A stretch of DNA of 24,335 nt from a virus (Duplodnaviria > Caudoviricetes), in the IMG/VR virus record IMGVR_UViG_3300042393_000519, positions 1-24,335 of that record. One strand, written 5' to 3'. Positions 7,746 to 15,258 of this stretch are shown in pieces. The notes beneath the pieces were generated by a model. The model was not told where the DNA came from and ran no database searches. It saw nothing but the letters and a program-made list of their open reading frames with translations. Every line of letters begins with the position of its first letter. Position 1 is the first letter of the stretch. The position numbers and the translations under genes were made by a program.

Positions 7746-7764
7746 ATGTGACAGTTTGTCGCAT
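7746..7764. promoter_or_regulatory. Palindromic regulator site, copy 1
   Basis: ATGTGACAG-T-TTGTCGCAT, 9 nt upstream of the -35; matches 18846-18864. Confidence 0.7.
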
Positions 7765-7773
7765 ATCATGCGG

Positions 7774-9255
7774 CTATTTTTTGTAGTGTCCGAGGATCAC
7801 GTCGGACACTTTCTTTTTCGACTGGAGCGCCTTGATAATTGCCCGCTCGATGCTGGTGGACGTATAGTCGATAACCAACGTGCCGTGGCGCTGGGCGAAA
7901 GACTGTGGGCGCTGTTCCGCCTGTGCTCGATCGTCCAAGCTATAGGAATTCTCATAAAACACGACGGTAGAGCACGGGTCCGTGTCGTTGCCGGTAAGCG
8001 TATGCCCGTACTTGATAGCCGACACTTGACCGATTAGCACTCGGCACGACGGATCGTTGTTGAAGCGTTTCTTTTCGCTCTCTACCTCCAGACCGGCATC
8101 CTTCATGTCATCCTGGCCCCGAATCACAGCAGGGTGGAATTCGCTAAGGTGTTTGGTTAGCATGTCGACCGTATGCCGGTATTTGGCAACGATTATCGTC
8201 TTACCGTTGATGTATTCGCTCAGCGCGTCTTTAAGGTGTTTAAATTTCAGTGTACCTTCGAACGGTTCTAATTCCACGGGCTTCGCAAAATCGTCGAGCA
8301 CGAAGCCACTCGATATCTGCTGTAATTTCATATACTTAGACAGCGCTTGGTCTGCTTGCACAACTCCGCCGTTGTCTAGCCACACTACGAAATCTTTTTC
8401 CATAGACTTATAATAAGCGGTTTGTTTGTTGCTCATACCTATGTCTATGATGTCGTAGTCGCTTTCTATAAATTCACCCCAGTCTTTTCTGGACGCTACG
8501 AACGACGAATTGTTGATTAATTTTTGCAATTCGTCTTCGTTTTTAATACCTACCACTTTCTTCATCATATACCCGCCCATTTTGGCGAACTTGGCGCGAA
8601 ACGCGTAATAGTTTACGCCTTCTAGCTTGCGAGCAAAGCGCAATTGCGACCACAAATCGGCAACACTTTGCGGAGACGGCAATCCGGTTAGTGCTCGGGT
8701 AACTGCTGCGTTTTTAGTGAGGGTTACCAAATTAGTGAAAGTGACCGAACGCGGGTTTTTAATTTTCACGCTCTCGTCGGCGGTTATGTAGCACGGGTTG
8801 CCCTTAATCCATTCGTATAGCAAGTCGCAGGTAGTGTGTTGCACCAACGCTTCGTAATTTACAACAAGCATTCCTTCTGGGTTTTTGGTTACGAACTTTT
8901 CTGCTTCTGCGCGGTTGTTGGATTCCAACACATGAGTGGGCACATCTAGACCGAAAGTCGATGCTTCCGTGGTCCAACCACGTTTGAAAGCGTTCGGACA
9001 AACCACCAACATCCTGCTAACACCAAAATCACGCTTGTATAACATGAATTCGTTCAGTGCGGTGGCGGTTTTACCAAGCCTCATTTCCATAAAATGACCC
9101 CAACCGGATACTGGATGTCCGTAATGCGGCAATTTAAAATTAACCGGATCCGCATTGGCAGACAGTAGTTTTATCCTGCCTTGGTACGACCGACGCAGTG
9201 CCTCTATTTGCACCTCGCGCGGTTTACAATCAAGCAGCCAATGCGGATCCTTCAT
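7774..9255 (-). CDS. SNF2-family (SF2) helicase/ATPase
   Basis: PREVQ Q-motif, MEMRLGKT (I), LVVCP (Ia), ADES.KIKN (II), LTGLP (III), GHTLT (V), QAEQR (VI). Start ATG 9255 with GGAG RBS. Confidence 0.88.
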   Translation of the reverse strand: MKDPHWLLDCKPREVQIEALRRSYQGRIKLLSANADPVNFKLPHYGHPVSGWGHFMEMRLGKTATALNEFMLYKRDFGVSRMLVVCPNAFKRGWTTEASTFGLDVPTHVLESNNRAEAEKFVTKNPEGMLVVNYEALVQHTTCDLLYEWIKGNPCYITADESVKIKNPRSVTFTNLVTLTKNAAVTRALTGLPSPQSVADLWSQLRFARKLEGVNYYAFRAKFAKMGGYMMKKVVGIKNEDELQKLINNSSFVASRKDWGEFIESDYDIIDIGMSNKQTAYYKSMEKDFVVWLDNGGVVQADQALSKYMKLQQISSGFVLDDFAKPVELEPFEGTLKFKHLKDALSEYINGKTIIVAKYRHTVDMLTKHLSEFHPAVIRGQDDMKDAGLEVESEKKRFNNDPSCRVLIGQVSAIKYGHTLTGNDTDPCSTVVFYENSYSLDDRAQAEQRPQSFAQRHGTLVIDYTSTSIERAIIKALQSKKKVSDVILGHYKK

Positions 9256-9256
9256 G

Positions 9257-9817
9257 TTACTTCTCCAAAGCTGGATGACGAGCCAGCTTGCACACCGCGT
9301 ACAGTTCATCGAACAACTGCTCAAATCCAGGCATAGACGACACCTTTCGGCGGCGGTCGCTTTCGAATATGTTCATTCGCAGTGCGTCCGACCAAACGCT
9401 GCCACGCTCCACGATGTCTACGTATATGTCTAGCAACGCGCTGTTGCCCATATCCATTTCTTCCTTTATGAACAGCAGGGCTTCCAACGAATCTGCAGTC
9501 TTCAACAACAGCTTGTCTATGTTGTACGAAAGATCGTTGGACTTCGGCACGGGTTTACGGGTTTTGGCGGGTGTTGGTACATCTCCCGTTATGGCTTCCG
9601 ATGCATCATGACACAATGCCATTATTAACCGCTTGGACGTTACCGGCACCTTGAAACGATTACACAGCCATGCCATCAACCATGCCACGTGGAACGAATG
9701 CTCCGCCACGTTTTGCTTATTGATGGTCGGTACTATAACCCAGCGCGGCACACAACGAATGCGGCGTAGATGGCTAACCATCGTAGCATCTAGGTCGTCG
9801 TTTAAATAAGCGCCCAT
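9257..9817 (-). CDS. datZ: HD-domain phosphohydrolase, putative dATP triphosphohydrolase DatZ
   Basis: RW...QNVAEHSF.V...HD..EA.TGD.PTP.K...K.AD.LEA (YfbR/DatZ type); two genes downstream of purZ; start 9817 by TAATG overlap and GGAGG RBS. Confidence 0.82.
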   Translation of the reverse strand: MGAYLNDDLDATMVSHLRRIRCVPRWVIVPTINKQNVAEHSFHVAWLMAWLCNRFKVPVTSKRLIMALCHDASEAITGDVPTPAKTRKPVPKSNDLSYNIDKLLLKTADSLEALLFIKEEMDMGNSALLDIYVDIVERGSVWSDALRMNIFESDRRRKVSSMPGFEQLFDELYAVCKLARHPALEK

Positions 9818-10119
9818 TATCGGTCCTCCCATTCGTCTCTAGTCATACGCATTGCTTTCAGTCCAGATAACCATGCCATGTTGGACACGTCGACACACTC
9901 GAGAAAGAAATTAAACTGGCTTTCTTGAGTGTGTGCTTCGTGCATTTCGTCTAATTCTTGGCGCGTTAGATTCACCAATTCCCCGACAGTGGATTGTTCG
10001 CAAAAACCCTTGTGCCTGTTTATGTTAAGTTTTTGCACCATGGTGTCGATGAAGAACCGTAGTTCCGGTTCGTATTCCTTTATAGAATCTGGCACGTTGA
10101 CTACCATACGCTTCACCAT
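9817..10119 (-). CDS. MazG-fold NTP pyrophosphohydrolase, probable MazZ functional equivalent
   Basis: ExxE...ExxD metal motif (QELDEM...LECVDVSN); lies between purZ and datZ and overlaps both. Confidence 0.65.
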   Translation of the reverse strand: MVKRMVVNVPDSIKEYEPELRFFIDTMVQKLNINRHKGFCEQSTVGELVNLTRQELDEMHEAHTQESQFNFFLECVDVSNMAWLSGLKAMRMTRDEWEDR

Positions 10120-11201
10120 GACGCTAACCCGTACTGGTCAAACGTTGCCAGACGTACGTCTTCTGTGTTCGGGCCAAAGCCCAACAACAGCGCGTCCATG
10201 TTTCGCCTCATTATGTATGTATACTCTTGCGTTATGTCGTTAACCAATTGACGCAAGTCGTCTTCATTCAAATAATTACAAAAATTCAAAAATACAGCAT
10301 CGGGCCTGTTTACTACCAAACACTGCTTTAATTGTTCCATGGAGAAAGTGGCGATGCGACGAACGCGCTTTGTTACCGTGGTTAATTCCGGCTTTTGGCC
10401 CACCTTTTCCCACGACAATTCTTTTTGGTCGGAATACCAACCACCAGAATAACCATCGGGTGTGTTACCAACGCGAATCGGATAGGTGCGCAGAGACACT
10501 ATAGACTTTACTTGATATTGAGGAGGAATTCGAGCATCGGCGAGCGCTTGACTAACGCTGCATTCGCGGCTAGTGCAATACGGGTAAAAACCGGAATTGA
10601 TGCCAAGGGAAAAACCCTGGGCCGTTTCAATGAACACGGTATTGCCCATTCGAATTTTGTCGGCTAGGGAAATGGATTTGACACCGAAACGACCGTTTAT
10701 GCAATCGAAAGCCGATTCCACTACGGCGCTTTTGTCGCGCAACAGTTTGTTCGCCATTGCAGGGCCAACGCCTTTGCCGGTGGATGCAATATGCGACAAT
10801 TTAACGGCTTTGGCATCGTCGGTGATAAGCGCCGCATGAGGGTCCACCAGAACCGGCACGCCGTACTTTTCGATTTCGGTTAGCAAGATGTCCTTGTCTA
10901 TTACCGCACCGCCATTCAGATAACACAAATGATTGTAGCCCATGCGCTTCATAAACACCGATGCCACGGGTATTTGCTGCGTCATGATTTCTTTGCCGTC
11001 TAAATAAGCCGTATGGCCAGAATTAGGGCCAGCATTTGTGGTTACGATGTTGATACTATCTTTGAACGCCGTCGCTAACACACCGGCAAGTAGTCCTTTA
11101 CCCGTAGACCCGAATTGCCCATCAAAAAGCGTGTAAGCACCTGAATACGCGAACCAACCAGCATCGCGAAGAGCTTTGTTGATTTTTGTTACATTTTCCA
11201 C
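10113..11201 (-). CDS. purZ: 2-aminodeoxyadenylosuccinate synthetase PurZ
   Basis: PurA fold (GPNSGHT, STGKGVG, ETAQGFSL, YPYCTSR, TTVTKRVRR) with PurZ signatures: DGQFGSTGKG (Ser replacing the catalytic Asp of GDEGKG), PIRVG, NFCNY replacing TKLD, and GFGP. GTG start with AAGGAGG RBS. Confidence 0.93.
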   Translation of the reverse strand: MENVTKINKALRDAGWFAYSGAYTLFDGQFGSTGKGLLAGVLATAFKDSINIVTTNAGPNSGHTAYLDGKEIMTQQIPVASVFMKRMGYNHLCYLNGGAVIDKDILLTEIEKYGVPVLVDPHAALITDDAKAVKLSHIASTGKGVGPAMANKLLRDKSAVVESAFDCINGRFGVKSISLADKIRMGNTVFIETAQGFSLGINSGFYPYCTSRECSVSQALADARIPPQYQVKSIVSLRTYPIRVGNTPDGYSGGWYSDQKELSWEKVGQKPELTTVTKRVRRIATFSMEQLKQCLVVNRPDAVFLNFCNYLNEDDLRQLVNDITQEYTYIMRRNMDALLLGFGPNTEDVRLATFDQYGLASW

Positions 11202-11621
11202 TTAGTCCTCCTTAGTCATGTATTCTAACAATTCACCCGCGTTTTTCCACGACGAACACGATTTACCATCGGGGTTCACCATGTCGCTGCTTACGTGTAG
11301 CACTTCTTGCGGTAGCGGTGGCGACATTACCAACAAGTGTTTGTCGTTCATGTAATCTACCACCACCGCCACCACTGCTTTTGCTCCGACATCGCGTATG
11401 CGATTTAGCTCCAGCGTCTGTTTAGGTGTCAAGTCCACTTTGCGACGAAACACCTTGCTCGTAGACTTGATGTATTTCATTTCTATGTACAACGATTTGC
11501 CGTTGCGTATCAAAACCAAATCCGGCAGACCTACTGCAAAAGCGGAGGCCCACTTGCGGCCATAACCGCCTATTTGCTCCATCTTTTTTATTAACAGTCG
11601 TTGTAGTGTTATTTCGTTCAT
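11202..11621 (-). CDS. PD-(D/E)xK nuclease (VRR-NUC/Holliday junction resolvase-like)
   Basis: MNE..LQ, GLPDL...YIEMK, LTPKQ motifs. Confidence 0.82.
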   Translation of the reverse strand: MNEITLQRLLIKKMEQIGGYGRKWASAFAVGLPDLVLIRNGKSLYIEMKYIKSTSKVFRRKVDLTPKQTLELNRIRDVGAKAVVAVVVDYMNDKHLLVMSPPLPQEVLHVSSDMVNPDGKSCSSWKNAGELLEYMTKED

Positions 11622-11890
11622 TCGGACACAGCAATGACTAGTTTCATGGCCTCATTCCAATCGGTGAAGTCGTAAGTTTTGTATGCTTTTTGATCCACTG
11701 CGCGAAGCTTGTGAGGCCAAAAAGACACCACGGTCCCGTTGTCAAATTTCATGTCGAATTGCCAAGTAGCGGTAGACGCCGACATAATAAATTTGTTAAG
11801 GTCGTTTTGGTCGCAAAATTCCGCAAATGCCTCGCAATTTTTCTTTTCGATCGGGCTTCGAAAGAACATGTTATCAATTTCTATAGTCAT
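11618..11890 (-). CDS. Hypothetical protein
   Basis: Start ATG 11890 with AAGGAG RBS just after the polymerase stop; ATGA overlap downstream. Confidence 0.7.
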   Translation of the reverse strand: MTIEIDNMFFRSPIEKKNCEAFAEFCDQNDLNKFIMSASTATWQFDMKFDNGTVVSFWPHKLRAVDQKAYKTYDFTDWNEAMKLVIAVSE

Positions 11891-11903
11891 TTTAGTCTCC
11901 TTT

Positions 11904-13742
11904 TTAACCGAACGAAGCTTCGGACCACGTTTTGCCGTGATCACAATCTACAGCAAACGGCACGCGAAGATTAAACGGTGCCGATCGTACGTTGTTCATT
12001 AGGTCTACTATATGGGCCGAGTCGTTGGCTCCAATTTTGTCGTCTTTTGCTTGCCACACAAACGAGTCGTGAATAGTCATCAACAACTGCGTTCTATCGT
12101 GTGTGCTTTCTAGCCACTTGTCCACTTCCACCATTTTGAACTTCATGATGTCGGCGTTTCCGCCTTGAATTATCTTGGAAGTGGCCTTATAAGCAAACCG
12201 CTTGTTGTCCATTCGACAATGACGTCCAAGCAGTGTCTTCACATAACCACGAGACAGGAACACTTTTCTCGCTTGATTCTGGAAATCACGAATTTTTGGA
12301 AAGCCTTCAAACCACTTGTTCCAAAGCCTCGTTGCCTCCTCGAGCGACACGCCCATATGCTGGGCAAAGGTAGGAGGGTACATACCAGTAAACATGCCCA
12401 TGTTCATGCGCTTGGCTACGGTATTTCGGTCAGCGCTGAATAACTCTGCCACCACCGTGTGGACGTCCCTGAACGGCGTCTTACTGTAGCCGTCTACCAA
12501 AGCGGGTTCTGACGAATAGTGAGCGAACAAGCGCGGTTCACACTGCGAATAGTCGGCCTCGTAGAAATTAAACCCATCGTCGGCTACGAATGCCTTACGA
12601 AATTCTTTAGCCAGTTCCTTATTGTGCTTTGGCACCTGCTGTAGGTTGGGGCTTGAACACGACAAACGACCCGATATAGTGCCAAAATCGTCGGCTTTGT
12701 TTTGATTGATCTGCGGGTGTACCCGCCCTTTGAACGTGTGCGATCCGATCAATGGCTCCACGAACGAATTTAACAAATTGGACCATTTCCGAATCTGGAT
12801 AATGCGCGCACCAGCGTCGCTTTGTTTTAACCATTTTTCGGTGAACGATGGGTTGCCTTTTTCCGTCACCGGCCAATCGGTGTGGCCGTTGTCCGTCATC
12901 CAGCGAGCCACGTCCTGCGGAGACCGCACGTTAAAATTGGCCGGGAGTCCAGCATACGCCTCGGCTACGCGAGCTTCAGTATTGTGCTTTAATTCCTGCA
13001 CATAGTCCACGTCGATCTTCATACCACGACGTTCGATGCGCACCAAAGTCCAAATAAGCTCGTTTTCCACCTCGCGTACCAACGACGATACGCCTTGTCG
13101 ATCGAGTTCCGCTTGTTGCTTAATGTGAAGCTGCCACGTGGAAATTCCGTCTCCCTCGGCATAGTCCACTGCTACGGTGTCGGTTCCAGGAAGTCTCCAA
13201 TAATGGCCCATAACATTACGGTCTATCGGCAGTCCGAAATGGCGAGCAATATGTTCGTAAAGCTCGCTGTCCTTCTTCGCTTGAATTTTGTACAGCTTAG
13301 ACAGCGAAGACAACGAATAGGACGCTGTGTATTCGTCCACCAACGTCTGATTGTTCTGAGTGCAAGACAGGTTCCGGCCTAGCATTATGCCACGTTGCGC
13401 CATGAAATGCGCATCGAATTTTAAATTATGGCCAACCGTTTGACCGGTTCGCAGGGCGAACGCTTTAACTAACTCTTCCTCGAAACGGTGATTGCGAACC
13501 AACGACGCGTCTTCCACCTGTGCGGTGCTCATTACGTGGTCATGGCCCGACGAACAGGGCAGATTACCACCTCCTCCATGCCTTACCGGAATGTAAACGG
13601 ATTCGTTTTCGACCGTGAACACATAGCCCACGGCGTAGTTGCGTTTCCAATCAAGACCCGACGTCTCAGTGTCCACCACCAACACTGGGGCTTTGGCCAC
13701 CATGCGCAGCGCCATTTCGGCCTTTTCGTATAAACTCTTCAT
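11904..13742 (-). CDS. Family A DNA polymerase with 3'-5' exonuclease (candidate DpoZ)
   Basis: ExoI DTETSG, ExoII HNLKFD, ExoIII YAEGD; TISGRLSCSSPNLQQVP, motif A DYSQCEPR, motif B AKRMNMG, IQG..AD, motif C IHDS. No 5' nuclease domain. Co-oriented three genes upstream of purZ. Confidence 0.93.
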   Translation of the reverse strand: MKSLYEKAEMALRMVAKAPVLVVDTETSGLDWKRNYAVGYVFTVENESVYIPVRHGGGGNLPCSSGHDHVMSTAQVEDASLVRNHRFEEELVKAFALRTGQTVGHNLKFDAHFMAQRGIMLGRNLSCTQNNQTLVDEYTASYSLSSLSKLYKIQAKKDSELYEHIARHFGLPIDRNVMGHYWRLPGTDTVAVDYAEGDGISTWQLHIKQQAELDRQGVSSLVREVENELIWTLVRIERRGMKIDVDYVQELKHNTEARVAEAYAGLPANFNVRSPQDVARWMTDNGHTDWPVTEKGNPSFTEKWLKQSDAGARIIQIRKWSNLLNSFVEPLIGSHTFKGRVHPQINQNKADDFGTISGRLSCSSPNLQQVPKHNKELAKEFRKAFVADDGFNFYEADYSQCEPRLFAHYSSEPALVDGYSKTPFRDVHTVVAELFSADRNTVAKRMNMGMFTGMYPPTFAQHMGVSLEEATRLWNKWFEGFPKIRDFQNQARKVFLSRGYVKTLLGRHCRMDNKRFAYKATSKIIQGGNADIMKFKMVEVDKWLESTHDRTQLLMTIHDSFVWQAKDDKIGANDSAHIVDLMNNVRSAPFNLRVPFAVDCDHGKTWSEASFG

Positions 13743-13753
13743 GTCGTGTCCTT

Positions 13754-13797
13754 AAAAAGGGGGCCAGAGAACGAAGGGAGGAACGCTCTCTGGCCCC
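13754..13797 (-). terminator. Intrinsic terminator-like hairpin upstream of the polymerase
   Basis: Minus strand GGGGCCAGAGAGCG-10 nt-CGTTCTCTGGCCCC-CTTTTT; preceded by a second hairpin CGGCTCATC-TTAGTGCC-GATGAGCCG (13803-13828). Confidence 0.7.
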
Positions 13798-13835
13798 AAG
13801 TTCGGCTCATCGGCACTAAGATGAGCCGGGAGGTT

Positions 13836-14669
13836 CTAGAATGTATCCGAATCGGTCTTCTGGCCCGCGTCTTCGTTCACGGACTCTTCGCCCTTGACCG
13901 AATAACTGGTCAACATGTTGGAGATGTCCACTGCCTGACGATAAACCGGCTCCGGAGCAAAACCACCCGATGTAAAGGACCAGTTGTTGTACGACCCGGA
14001 GGGCGACTGTTCCTCGATCGACTTTGCAAGAAACACCAGCGACTGAATCGGACGACCGTTGTTTCGGTGCAATTGAATCTTGTCATTCAGGCCCTTCTTT
14101 GCCTTTTTGATTCCAGAGCGGGCCAGTGACATCACTGCCGGTCCAAGCTCCAAATGGTCCGGCAACAGAATAAGGTATTCGTAGACAAGCGTTGCCGCAG
14201 GCGTCGAATTCTCGTCGGATGGGTCGGAAGTGCCCCACTCGGTGAGTCCCGACTTCACCACGTCTAGATTGTCGATACTCCACGTTACTTTGGTCTTCTT
14301 GTCGACCTTGATTTCCCAAGAGCCGGTGCGATCCCAAGTCATTGCATCGTCGGAACGCGCCAGCACGCCCTGCCCATCTTCGATGGGCGCAATAAGCAGG
14401 TACTTCTTGCGGCGCGATGCAATGACGAACCGGAAATCCGGCCCCATCGACATGTCGGCTCCGGTGTGCCAGAAATGGCCACTCTGAGCGTTGGAAAAGT
14501 TCTTACACTCTTCCGACAAACCCTGGAGCAGCTTCACCATCGGAATAGAAACATCCGATGCGTCGAAATTATCCGTTCCGACCGACTTTACGTTCGCCAG
14601 ATAGGCGGGTAGTGCTTCGTTGTCCGTATTCTGCACAACGAGTTCCTTGGTCTTTGCCTTAGCAACCAT
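13836..14669 (-). CDS. Putative single-stranded DNA-binding protein
   Basis: Directly upstream of the polymerase; IP.VKLLQ.LS motif common in phage replication modules; acidic tail ending in Phe (EDAGQKTDSDTF). Start is 14669 or 14675. Confidence 0.55.
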   Translation of the reverse strand: MVAKAKTKELVVQNTDNEALPAYLANVKSVGTDNFDASDVSIPMVKLLQGLSEECKNFSNAQSGHFWHTGADMSMGPDFRFVIASRRKKYLLIAPIEDGQGVLARSDDAMTWDRTGSWEIKVDKKTKVTWSIDNLDVVKSGLTEWGTSDPSDENSTPAATLVYEYLILLPDHLELGPAVMSLARSGIKKAKKGLNDKIQLHRNNGRPIQSLVFLAKSIEEQSPSGSYNNWSFTSGGFAPEPVYRQAVDISNMLTSYSVKGEESVNEDAGQKTDSDTF

Positions 14670-14671
14670 TA

Positions 14672-15193
14672 TCATGTGTCCTTTTTCACTGTGTACTTAG
14701 AAGACCCGATTATGCGATAAGTGTTAATCTTAATCGCGTCCTCGGGCGGTTCCACGCCTTCTTCTTCCAGCTTTGATTTGCAGAACGACTTCAACGTGGA
14801 AGCATTAACGGTAGGCTGAATAAGTGATTCGCCACCGTTTGAACGCAGCCAATCGAAGGCTGCGTCCTTGTTCTGCACGGATGCAGAATGTTGAACAATA
14901 GTGTAAAACGAGCGCGACAGTTCTGGAACGCGCAGCATGTCTGTACCGAGTTTATCCAGAAATTCCGGCATCGTGGACTTGTTGTAACTTTCGAACGTCT
15001 TGCCAAAAGCCACCCTCGCGGCGTCCATTGCCACGTTGGCCTCGCGCATAGCGTCGAACGCCACAAATGCTCGTTTAACGTCGTTATCGGCGAGGGCAGT
15101 GTCCACTTCGCGCTTTAACCAATCGCACAAATTGTCGATGGCGTCTACAACGCCTTGCACCTCGTGCTTAACATAAGCCACTGAATCTTTCAT
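14672..15193 (-). CDS. Conserved-type phage replication-module protein of unknown function
   Basis: AGGAGG RBS; AFDWLR.NG...LIQPTVNASTLKSF motif seen in replication-module proteins next to SSB/polA. Confidence 0.75.
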   Translation of the reverse strand: MKDSVAYVKHEVQGVVDAIDNLCDWLKREVDTALADNDVKRAFVAFDAMREANVAMDAARVAFGKTFESYNKSTMPEFLDKLGTDMLRVPELSRSFYTIVQHSASVQNKDAAFDWLRSNGGESLIQPTVNASTLKSFCKSKLEEEGVEPPEDAIKINTYRIIGSSKYTVKKDT

Positions 15194-15215
15194 TTTGTCT
15201 ATCCCTCCTATAGCT

Positions 15216-15244
15216 AGATTAGCATGTCAGTTCGTCGTGGTCAA
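15216..15244 (-). promoter_or_regulatory. Sigma70-type promoter for the SSB/polymerase/Z operon
   Basis: Minus strand TTGACC-17 nt-TAATCT with extended -10 TG, followed by an AGGAGG RBS. Confidence 0.7.
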
Positions 15245-15258
15245 TAGGCCGTTGCGCG

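Noticed and set aside
10113-11201. Ordinary adenylosuccinate synthetase (purA) or GTP-using PurZ0
   Set aside because: It lacks GDEGKG and TKLD; the GSTGKG and NFCNY motifs plus the datZ/MazG context favour PurZ.
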